A stretch of DNA of 14,967 nucleotides, from NCBI GenBank assembly GCA_036149055.1, contig JAYZQJ010000164.1, positions 1-14,967 on the forward strand, given 5' to 3'. This document shows positions 9,101 through 14,967 of this stretch, piece after piece. The notes beneath the pieces are model-generated. The model did not search any database. It was not told the DNA's origin and saw only the letters and a program-made list of their open reading frames with translations. A program made the translations under genes and the position numbers. How positions within the stretch are numbered: position 1 is the first letter of the stretch; each line of letters opens with the position of its first letter. The stretch comes from Myxococcota bacterium (lineage in GTDB: Bacteria > Myxococcota_A > Polyangia > Polyangiales > Sandaracinaceae).

Positions 9101-10016
9101 GCGCCTGCACGACGCGCTCGACGTGCGGATCCCGCTGAGCGTCTTCGTGCGCGCGCCGAGCGTGGCCCAGCTGGCGGAGCGCCTGCACGGCGAGGGCCTG
9201 GTCGACGAGGAGCCGCTGGTGGTGCGCATCGCCGAAGGCGAGGGCCCGCCCCTCTGGCTCCTGCACCCCGTCGGCGGCCACGTGGTCTACGGCGAGGTGG
9301 TCGCGAAGGCGATGCAGGCGCAGATCCCGATCCTCGGCATCCAGGCCCAGGGGCTCGACGGTCGGCGGCCGCCGCTCGCCGAGATGGACGCCATCGGCGC
9401 GCTCTACGTGTCGCTGATCCGGGAGGCGCAGCCCGAGGGGCCCTACTTCCTGGCCGGCCCCTCGCAGGGCGGCCTCGCCGCGCTCGAGATCGCGCAGCGC
9501 CTGATCGCCGAGGGCGAGGACGTGCGGCTGCTCGCGATGCTCGACTGCTGGGCGCCCGGGTTCCCGCGCCGAACCAGCGCCGCCCGTCGGGTCCTCGATC
9601 ACGCGGGCGCGATGTGGCGGCGGTCGTGGCGGGAGCGCGCCGCCTACCTGAAGGAGAAGGCGACGCGGCGGCTCCGGAGGCTCGAGCACGGGTTCCGCAC
9701 CTACACGTACCGCGAGGCGGGCGACGAGGGCGCGATCTACGACACGCTGCTCGAGGTGCAGTCGGCCTACGAGGCGGCGGCCGACGCCTACGAGGTGCGG
9801 CCTTACCCCGGCCGCGTGCACGTCTTCCGGGCCCTCCGGGTGCCCGAGAGCCCGGGGCTGCGCTTCGACGATCCGAGCTGCGGCTGGGCCGCCTTCGCGC
9901 GAGGCGGTGTGGAGACCATCGATCTCGACACCGAGCACAAGGACATGCTCGACCCGCCGCAGGTGCATCAGGTCGCCGCCGCCCTGGAGGCGCTGCTCCT
10001 CGCGCTGCGACCGTGA
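6141..10016 (+). CDS. Single-module non-ribosomal peptide synthetase (C-A-T-TE)
   Basis: C domain: HHAVMDG (6564-6584). A domain: YVIFTSGSTGRPKG, NEYGPTE, YRTGDL, GRVDQQIQIRGHRVE, PSGKLD. T domain: FFDLGGTSL. TE domain: LHPVGG, GPSQGG and a C-terminal His (EHKDML). Start is 6141 or 6114. Confidence 0.92.
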   Translation: MEGLQQTVLDVGTTTVERFRATPTQRGFGALSAMSPAAGNEVVAIDLEGALDVDRLGRILDRLEGGLDAWRTRFVEEHGALFGVVEPPVGARLRVERVTADRRVARAEALAREPFDLAEGRLVRATLLQTDDEQATLVLVAHHAVMDGSALFVLLPRALGALYRGEAIDLEGFAPWAAREADAYDGDAGERARGFWRESLRDAPGSLALPTDHPRSGTRSLRGRRLSRDAGVTREALEAAGRPVDVAIAALATALHRMAAADEVTVGVTHANRRAPGAERVVGCLVRTLPLRVSPGDAASFSGLVSQVHERRRRAFGHLTDVVDDVLAERGEAGPGYRVVLNYMPFSERDAADFGPTVRARGWRPDPGWTATDLAFDVVEAPEGLRCVLEYDEGLFDAPTAERWLEAFVTALAAAPTHRERGLGALPLMGVAARRALGALGRGGGPPSQPARLHDLLAGGALRNEGAPALLREGRAVDYRTLWRRAGALAERIAALPSGPPPRLVGLATRDPESALVALVGILRSGAAYVPLDPHLPEKRLAQMIEDARPIAVVTDTDRDFGAPALRLDDAEAEGPADAGDPRAGAYVIFTSGSTGRPKGVVVAHANVVHQLEARRAFYGGAPGVTLSAHSYAFDSAVACVFWALAEGDPLVLVDEDERRDPALLRGCIARHRVETLDVPPALWAELLAGGAEGLESLRTVIVGGEALPPALARRHLALLPEARLVNEYGPTETTVFSSAHVVDAVTPGSVPIGRPIHRTRARIVDRYGQLVPRGGVGELWIGGAGVTAGYLRDEARTLERFVDDPHLGRTYRTGDLARWDAEGRLRFEGRVDQQIQIRGHRVEPQEVVAALEAQPGVQQAVVLPLDGPLGLRLHAWVVARPGATLDLQRLRDALRAELPEPMIPATLERIDALPRAPSGKLDLAALPRPTTPAVARSESWRTEPRTQAEDAIAKAFREVLRLDAVDVHASFFDLGGTSLTAVRALSRLHDALDVRIPLSVFVRAPSVAQLAERLHGEGLVDEEPLVVRIAEGEGPPLWLLHPVGGHVVYGEVVAKAMQAQIPILGIQAQGLDGRRPPLAEMDAIGALYVSLIREAQPEGPYFLAGPSQGGLAALEIAQRLIAEGEDVRLLAMLDCWAPGFPRRTSAARRVLDHAGAMWRRSWRERAAYLKEKATRRLRRLEHGFRTYTYREAGDEGAIYDTLLEVQSAYEAAADAYEVRPYPGRVHVFRALRVPESPGLRFDDPSCGWAAFARGGVETIDLDTEHKDMLDPPQVHQVAAALEALLLALRP

Positions 10017-10028
10017 TAGAGCGGGGCG

Positions 10029-10652
10029 ATGGAAGTCCTCGACGCCTCCTTCGTCGCCGCGGCGACGCGCCAGGCCGCGCTGCCCCCGCCCGCGTTCGCC
10101 GAGATCGCCTTCGCCGGGCGCTCCAACGTCGGCAAGTCGAGCCTCATCAACAAGCTCGTCGGCCGCCGCAAGCTGGTCCGCACCAGCTCGACCCCCGGCG
10201 CCACCCGCGGGCTCGCGCTCTTCCGCGCCCGGCTCCGCGTCGGCGAGGGCGACGAGGCGCTGATCGACCTGGTGGATCTACCGGGCTACGGCTACGCGAA
10301 GCGGAGCAAGAGCGAGCGCCGCTCCTGGGGCCCGATGATCGAGGGCTTCCTCACCGAGCGCGTCGGCCTGCGGGCGGTGGTGGTGATCATCGACGTCCGG
10401 CGCGGCCCCGAGGACGACGACGTGCAGCTGCTCGAGTTCCTCGCGCACATCGGCGTGCCGGCCATCCTCGTCGCGACCAAGCTCGACAAGCTCCCGGCCA
10501 ACAAGCGCAAGCCGGAGCTCGCCAAGCTCAAGCGGCAGCTCGGCCAGAAGCCGGTGGGCTTCTCCTCCGCCAGCGGCGACGGCGTCGACGCGCTCTGGAA
10601 GCGCATCCTCTACGCGGCGTCGATCCTCGGCGAGGATCAGCGCGAGGCGTAA
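10029..10652 (+). CDS. engB: Ribosome-biogenesis GTPase YihA/YsxC (EngB)
   Basis: EIAFAGRSNVGKSSLIN (G1), TSSTPGAT (G2), VDLPGYGYA (G3), TKLDK (G4); 207 aa. Confidence 0.95.
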   Translation: MEVLDASFVAAATRQAALPPPAFAEIAFAGRSNVGKSSLINKLVGRRKLVRTSSTPGATRGLALFRARLRVGEGDEALIDLVDLPGYGYAKRSKSERRSWGPMIEGFLTERVGLRAVVVIIDVRRGPEDDDVQLLEFLAHIGVPAILVATKLDKLPANKRKPELAKLKRQLGQKPVGFSSASGDGVDALWKRILYAASILGEDQREA

Positions 10653-11302
10653 GCGCGGCCGCCGGAGCCGTGCATGTAGGACCGGATGGTCTCCGGGACG
10701 CGCATCATCCACTCGTGGATCTCGCCGCGCACCAGGCCGCCGAGCATGCCGCCGCCGGGATCCGCCATCACGCCCCAGCTGACCAGCGAGCGCCCCTCGT
10801 CGTCCTCGAAGGGCGCGACCGAGAGGAAGCCCCACGCGGCGCGCAGATCGTTCGGGCGCTGCCGATCGAGCTGGAAGGTGATGTCGCGCCGATCGTGGTC
10901 GTAGCGCATGCGGAGGTGATAGCTGGCGCTGGTGAAGCCCATCGCGTGGCGGAAGCGCACCACCCGCTGACCGGGGCTGTGATCGACCACCCGGGCCGAC
11001 TCGACCGCGGGGAGCATCCGCCGGTAGCTCGCCTCGTCGCAGAGCGCGCGCCAGGTCACGTCGACCGGCTGGTTCACGACCTGCCAGCTGTTGCCGCCGA
11101 TGAGCCGGAGCTGCCCGCGCCGGCGCTGACTGCGCCGCACCACCAGCTGGCCCTCCCCGAGGCGGCGCCGCTCGTCGGCGCTGAAGCCCTCGGTCTGCTG
11201 CGCCCCGCCCGGCGAGACCAGCGCGGTCCCGAGCGCGAGGAGCGCGCCCATCGTCCAGACCCAGGCCCTTCCGACGCCGCGCCGCCGTGCGTGCGTGCTC
11301 AT
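10637..11302 (-). CDS. Exported SRPBCC/START-like (polyketide cyclase/dehydrase-like) protein
   Basis: N-terminal hydrophobic signal, then VVNQPVDVTWRALCD..SY.RMLPAV.S..V and a later W.F..V.P....RSLV pattern typical of SRPBCC folds. Start uncertain (11302/11317/11341). The 3' end overlaps engB by 16 nt. Confidence 0.7.
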   Translation of the reverse strand: MSTHARRRGVGRAWVWTMGALLALGTALVSPGGAQQTEGFSADERRRLGEGQLVVRRSQRRRGQLRLIGGNSWQVVNQPVDVTWRALCDEASYRRMLPAVESARVVDHSPGQRVVRFRHAMGFTSASYHLRMRYDHDRRDITFQLDRQRPNDLRAAWGFLSVAPFEDDEGRSLVSWGVMADPGGGMLGGLVRGEIHEWMMRVPETIRSYMHGSGGRAYASR

Positions 11303-11354
11303 CCCGGCCAAGAGCATGTCATGTGCGGATGCTCGGTGCACGGCGACGGGGCCT

Positions 11355-12155
11355 TCAGCTCCTCCGGGGAGGTCTCCCCGGGTACCAGGGATGAAACGGT
11401 CCGCGGTCCTCGCAGCGGGGCCGCTCGTGCGGATTGCAGTAGATCCGGACGTGGAAGTGGTTGTCGTGGGGGTGCCCGCTCGGCTGCCCCATCACCCGCG
11501 ACGCCCGGTCGAGGAGCACCTGCGGCGCGCCCCGGCGGCGGCCCTCGCGGAGCAGCCGGCGGCGGATCGCGTTCGAGACGAAGATGTGCTGCACGCGCGC
11601 GTCCCCGTCGGCGACGAGCTTGGCGACCAGCTCCCAGTTCCGCGCGTCGTCGAAGCGGAGCATCGAGTTGGGACCGCGCCCGACTCCGTCCGCCCCGAAG
11701 CGCGCGAACGCGAAGGCGTCGTAGGGGTTGCCGTTGGCGTCGGTCATGTAGAAGCCGATGTCCACGTCGCGCCCGCTCTGGTGGCTGCGGTGCCCGTCGA
11801 TGCGGCCGCCGCCCTGCGCGCTGAGCTCGCCCACCGACAGCCGCGCCCCCGGGAGGCGCTGCTCGACCCGGGTCGCCGCGCGCTCGAGGAGCTGCACCAG
11901 CTGCCAGGTGCCCCAGTGATTTCCACGCTCCGCGTACTCACCGACGTATCGGACGCGCCCGCTCTCCCGGAGCTTCACTCCGCGGTGGAGCCGGCCGCGC
12001 CACGCCAGGCCGACGGACCGGGAGCGGCGATGGCTCCGGGCCCCGGGCTCTCGATCGTGGGCTCCGTCGCAGCGCGGGGTGGCCGAGGCCACGGGCGCGA
12101 GGCTGGCGGCGGAGAGGATCACGAGGAGGGCGGCGAGACGGCGCATGGGGTTCAT
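11355..12155 (-). CDS. mepA: Penicillin-insensitive murein endopeptidase (MepA-like, LAS Zn peptidase)
   Basis: G.L..GV.L, WGT..LV, VGELS..GGG...GH.SHQSGRDVD and HDNHFHVRI motifs, plus a signal peptide. Start is 12155 or 12146. Confidence 0.8.
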   Translation of the reverse strand: MNPMRRLAALLVILSAASLAPVASATPRCDGAHDREPGARSHRRSRSVGLAWRGRLHRGVKLRESGRVRYVGEYAERGNHWGTWQLVQLLERAATRVEQRLPGARLSVGELSAQGGGRIDGHRSHQSGRDVDIGFYMTDANGNPYDAFAFARFGADGVGRGPNSMLRFDDARNWELVAKLVADGDARVQHIFVSNAIRRRLLREGRRRGAPQVLLDRASRVMGQPSGHPHDNHFHVRIYCNPHERPRCEDRGPFHPWYPGRPPRRS

Positions 12156-12208
12156 GTCCCGGAAGCGCACCGCTGGAGGCAAGAAATCTGCAGACCCATG
12201 GCACTCGC

Positions 12209-12225
12209 GTAGGGCTTTGCCCTAC
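12209..12225. promoter_or_regulatory. Perfect 7-bp inverted repeat between divergent genes
   Basis: GTAGGGC-ttt-GCCCTAC, overlapping a -10-like TACTCT (12223-12228). Confidence 0.4.
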
Positions 12226-12234
12226 TCTGTTGAG

Positions 12235-13902
12235 GTGATTCGGGCGTTCCCGGCCCTCGCGTTCTTCGCTTCGCTCGCGTGTCAGTCTCCTGCGCATCCT
12301 CCCGTCGACGCGGGCGAGGACGAGATCCGGGACGCGGGCGCGCCCATCGACGCCGGCCCCGCCTACGTGCGAAGGGCGCCGGAGGGCGCGGTCACGGTGG
12401 CGGTCGAGATGGGCGTGGACGCCGAGGTGCCGGACGCGCGGTTCGATCACCTCCCCGACCGGATGGGCGGGGGCGTCTGCCCGCTCGACCTCGACGGAAC
12501 ACCGCCGATGGACCTCGCGTTCGCCCTGCGGACGGGCGTCCGGCTCTACGCCGCGTCCGCGCCCCTCGCCTATCGCGACGTGACCGAGGAGTACGCGCTC
12601 GACGCGGACAGCGCGATGGGGTGCCTCGCGTTCGACGCGGAGGGGGACGGAGACACCGATCTCCTGGTGACCGATCGCGGCGCGATCCGGCTCTTCGAGC
12701 GCGACGCCGGCGCCTTCGTGGAGCGCACCGACCGGCTCGGGCTGCGGCTCGACGCGCGCGACGTCTACACCTCGGCGGCGGCCGGCGACGTGGACGGCGA
12801 CGGCGACCTCGACCTGCTGATCGCGGGCAACATCCGCTACGACACGTCCCGCTTCGACGAGACCTGCGAGCCGTACTGCGGCAGCCTGCTGAACATTCAC
12901 GACGCGATCCCGAACTTGCTGCTCACCCGGGACGGCGACGGCTACGTGGACGAGACCTGGGCGCTCGCGCCGGAGCTGACGGTCGCGGAGATGACGCTCG
13001 CGGTCGCGATCACCGATCTCGACGGCGACGGAGCGGTGGATCTCTACGTGGGCAACGATCTCGGCGGCACCTATCACGACCGCGCGCTCAGCCGGGACGA
13101 CGACGGCGTCTACCGCGACCACTACCTTCGCATCGGGCTCGGCCACGACGCGCGCGGCTTCGGCAACTGCACGATGGGCTTCTCGAGCGCCGACGTGAAC
13201 GGCGACGGCCGCATCGATCACGTGGTCACGAGCTTCGCCAACGATCCGACCACCCTCTATCTCTGCGGCGACGACGGATGGTGCGAGCCGCAGCGCGCCG
13301 AGGAGTCGGGCACCGACGCGAGCCGCGCCTCCTTCCGCTGGGGCGCGATGCTCGTCGACCTCGACCTCGACGGGCGCCCCGAGCTCTTCGAGGCGACGGG
13401 ACACATCTTCAGCGATCCCGAGCTCGAGACGAGCGGGTCGACGCGCGATCAGCCGGCCAACCTGATGTGGAACGACGGGGAGGCCTTCGCGCCGGTGGCG
13501 CTCGTCCCCGAGGACGGCCGGAGCGCGCCCCGGAGCACGCGCGGGATCGCTTACACGGATGTGGACGATGATGGCCGGCCGGACGTCGTGCTCGCCCCCG
13601 CGGTCGGCCGCCCCGCGATCCTGCGCAACGTGTGGGAGCCGGCGGGGCGCCCCCTTTGGGTGTCGCTCGAGGGCCGGGCCCCCAACGCGGACGCCCTCGG
13701 CGCGCGGGTCCGCGTGCACACGAGCGAGGGGGTGCTCGTGCAGGATCGGCGCGCCGGGGAGGGGTATCTCGGGAGCTTCGATCCTCGCCTCGTGTTCGGC
13801 GTGCCGCGCAGCGGAGGGGTGGACGTCGAGGTGAGATGGCTCGGAGGGGGGACGACGTGGGTGCGCGGCGTGACCGAGCGGGAGGTTCGCGTCCGCGAGT
13901 GA
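12235..13902 (+). CDS. CRTAC1-family lipoprotein (FG-GAP/VCBS repeats plus C-terminal ASPIC/UnbV domain)
   Basis: Repeated DxDGDGxxDL motifs (DVDGDGDLDL, DLDGDGAVDLYVGND, DVNGDGRID, DLDLDGRPEL, DVDDDGRPD) and a C-terminal N.DALGARVRV...GYLG......FG.......VEVRW. Using the GTG at 12235 gives a signal peptide with lipobox SLAC. Confidence 0.85.
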   Translation: MIRAFPALAFFASLACQSPAHPPVDAGEDEIRDAGAPIDAGPAYVRRAPEGAVTVAVEMGVDAEVPDARFDHLPDRMGGGVCPLDLDGTPPMDLAFALRTGVRLYAASAPLAYRDVTEEYALDADSAMGCLAFDAEGDGDTDLLVTDRGAIRLFERDAGAFVERTDRLGLRLDARDVYTSAAAGDVDGDGDLDLLIAGNIRYDTSRFDETCEPYCGSLLNIHDAIPNLLLTRDGDGYVDETWALAPELTVAEMTLAVAITDLDGDGAVDLYVGNDLGGTYHDRALSRDDDGVYRDHYLRIGLGHDARGFGNCTMGFSSADVNGDGRIDHVVTSFANDPTTLYLCGDDGWCEPQRAEESGTDASRASFRWGAMLVDLDLDGRPELFEATGHIFSDPELETSGSTRDQPANLMWNDGEAFAPVALVPEDGRSAPRSTRGIAYTDVDDDGRPDVVLAPAVGRPAILRNVWEPAGRPLWVSLEGRAPNADALGARVRVHTSEGVLVQDRRAGEGYLGSFDPRLVFGVPRSGGVDVEVRWLGGGTTWVRGVTEREVRVRE

Positions 13903-13907
13903 GGGGC

Positions 13908-14258
13908 GGCTGCGGGGCCGGGGGCGGCTGCGGCAGCGGGGGCGGCTGCGGCAGCGGGGCCGGGGGCGGCAGCGGCAGCGGGTCCGGAGGCGGGTCCGGA
14001 GGCGGCAGCGGCAGCGGGTCCGGAGGCGGCAGCGGGGCCGGGGCCGGGGCCGGCAGCGGCAGCGGGTCCGGAGGCGGCAGCGGCAGCGGGTCCGGAGGCG
14101 GCAGCAGCGGGTCCGGATGCGGCAGCGGCAGCGGGTCCGGGGGCGGCAGCGGCAGCGGGGCCGGCAGCGGCAGCGGCAGCGGCAGCGGGGCCGGCAGCGG
14201 CAGCGGCAGCGGGGCCGGGGGCGGCAGCGGCAGCGGGGGCGAGTCCGGAGGCGGGCTC
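13908..14258 (+). repeat. Long degenerate GGNNNC hexamer tandem array (~55-58 units)
   Basis: Units are ggcagc (commonest), ggggcc, gggggc, gggtcc, ggaggc, ggctgc and ggatgc. There is one 3-nt phase slip near 14106. Starts just after the upstream stop codon. Confidence 0.9.
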
Positions 14259-14303
14259 GCCCAGCCTGACTATTCCTCCTCGCCTCCCGCCTCCCATCTC
14301 CCT
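14252..14303 (+). repeat. Conserved C-rich core, copy 2
   Basis: cgggctcgcccagc-ctgact-attcctcctcgcctcc-c-gcctccc-at-ctccct, matching 71-118 with a 4-nt indel and few substitutions. Confidence 0.85.
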
Positions 14304-14330
14304 CAGTAGTACGTAGACGACGAGCGTGTC

Positions 14331-14372
14331 GGGCTCGGGCTCGGGCTCGGGCTCGGCCTCGGATGCGGGTAC
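14331..14372 (+). repeat. Second short GGNNNC run
   Basis: gggctc x4, ggcctc, ggatgc, gggtac. Confidence 0.75.
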
Positions 14373-14434
14373 TGAACCTTCGCAACTCGCACTGCGGCTC
14401 GCGGGCGGGTCGCGGACTCGAATGAAGGGGACGC

Positions 14435-14591
14435 CTCGTCGGTGAGCCCCACCGTGTACGCCGGTGCTCGGGCGTGCAAAGGGGCCTGCGGCCCGGCTGC
14501 GCGCTGCGCGCTCCGCCGGCTTCGGCGCCTGCGGCGCCTCGCCCTTGACACGCCCTGCGCGCCGGCGGGGGGGGTGGGCGTCACCGACGAG
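14435..14591 (+). other. Long imperfect stem with branched tip (candidate structured RNA/ssDNA)
   Basis: Nested complementarity: 14435-14445/14581-14591 (11 bp perfect), 14448-14453/14573-14578, 14459-14467/14559-14567 (1 G-U), 14470-14476/14549-14555, 14477-14483/14542-14547. Three inner hairpins have TGC loops. Confidence 0.7.
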
Positions 14592-14638
14592 TCGCGCGAC
14601 GGTCGCGCGCCAGGCTGCGGTGACTCGGAGAGAGACTC

Positions 14639-14962
14639 ATGCAGCTCAGGATCTATCGCGACGCCGTCACCATGGTCACCGAGGTCGGTCCGCTCGTGCA
14701 GGCCATCCGCCGCGACGACACCGACCACGCGCGCCAGCTCCGCAAGGCCGCCAAGTCCGTGCCGCTCAACATCGCGGAGGGCACCTACTCTCGCGGTCGC
14801 AAGCGGCAGGTCAGCTACCACGTCGCTCTCGGCTCCGCGAACGAGGTGGTGGCTTGCCTCGAGGTGGCCGTCGCGGACGGCATCCTCGCTTCGGTCGACC
14901 CCGCCATCCTCGACCGGCTCGACAAGATCATCGCGACGCTCGTGAAGCTCACCGACAAGTGA
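14639..14962 (+). CDS. Four-helix-bundle protein (23S rRNA-IVP / Avd-like family)
   Basis: 107 aa with L.IY..A, QLRKAAKSVPLNIAEG and Y.VALGSANEV.ACL family motifs. RBS GGAGAG at 14627-14632. Confidence 0.9.
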   Translation: MQLRIYRDAVTMVTEVGPLVQAIRRDDTDHARQLRKAAKSVPLNIAEGTYSRGRKRQVSYHVALGSANEVVACLEVAVADGILASVDPAILDRLDKIIATLVKLTDK

Positions 14963-14967
14963 GCCTG

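Noticed and set aside
6243..9968. 1241-aa antisense ORF and similar long antisense ORFs (172-1359, 794-2308, 1815-3941, 3850-6012)
   Set aside because: Shadow frames expected opposite GC3-rich genes, with no recognisable motifs.
71..14303. Composite transposon or genomic island bounded by the direct repeats
   Set aside because: The enclosed genes include core housekeeping genes (holA, rpsT, murJ, engB) and there is no integrase or transposase. Independent copies of a dispersed element are more plausible.
13908..14372. CRISPR array
   Set aside because: The period is 6 nt, with no repeat-spacer alternation and no cas genes.
11938..14385. Long ORFs crossing the array (815 aa minus, 248 aa minus, full 225 aa plus)
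   Set aside because: Low-complexity RC/PAAA/GS translations of the repeat that overlap the well-supported CRTAC1-like gene.
14477..14547. tRNA (cloverleaf-like tip)
   Set aside because: Loops are 3 nt, with no 7-nt anticodon loop, TTCRA T-loop or D-loop consensus.
14545..14550. TTGACA as the -35 box for the four-helix-bundle gene
   Set aside because: No -10-like hexamer 16-18 nt downstream (a G run instead), and the motif is part of the long stem.
14303..14945. ORFs 14303-14821 (-) and 14442-14945 (+)
   Set aside because: They overlap the clear four-helix-bundle CDS and the hairpin region, and give Arg/Pro/Ser-rich non-protein-like translations.
14639..14962. 23S rRNA intervening sequence
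   Set aside because: No rRNA sequence flanks the gene on the visible side.
13903..14967. Diversity-generating retroelement (suggested by the Avd-like gene)
   Set aside because: No reverse transcriptase in the window and no TR/VR pair differing specifically at adenines. It cannot be excluded beyond the window edge.

Overview
Very GC-rich bacterial DNA; the gene content and Cys/Asp-rich lipoproteins suggest Myxococcota (inference). The backbone is housekeeping (holA, rpsT, murJ, engB), interspersed with accessory genes: a secreted hypothetical protein, a beta-helix lipoprotein with a Kunitz-like Cys domain, a stand-alone C-A-T-TE NRPS, an SRPBCC/START protein, a MepA-like murein endopeptidase and an FG-GAP/ASPIC-UnbV lipoprotein. 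The most unusual part is 13903-14962. It holds about 55 GGNNNC hexamers, a ~50-bp C-rich core, a second short hexamer run, a ~157-nt long stem capped by three TGC-loop hairpins, and an Avd-like four-helix-bundle gene. The array, core and short run recur in the same orientation at 1-180, without the hairpin or gene, which suggests a dispersed repeat/RNA element family. All calls are by eye; no searches or folding programs were run.
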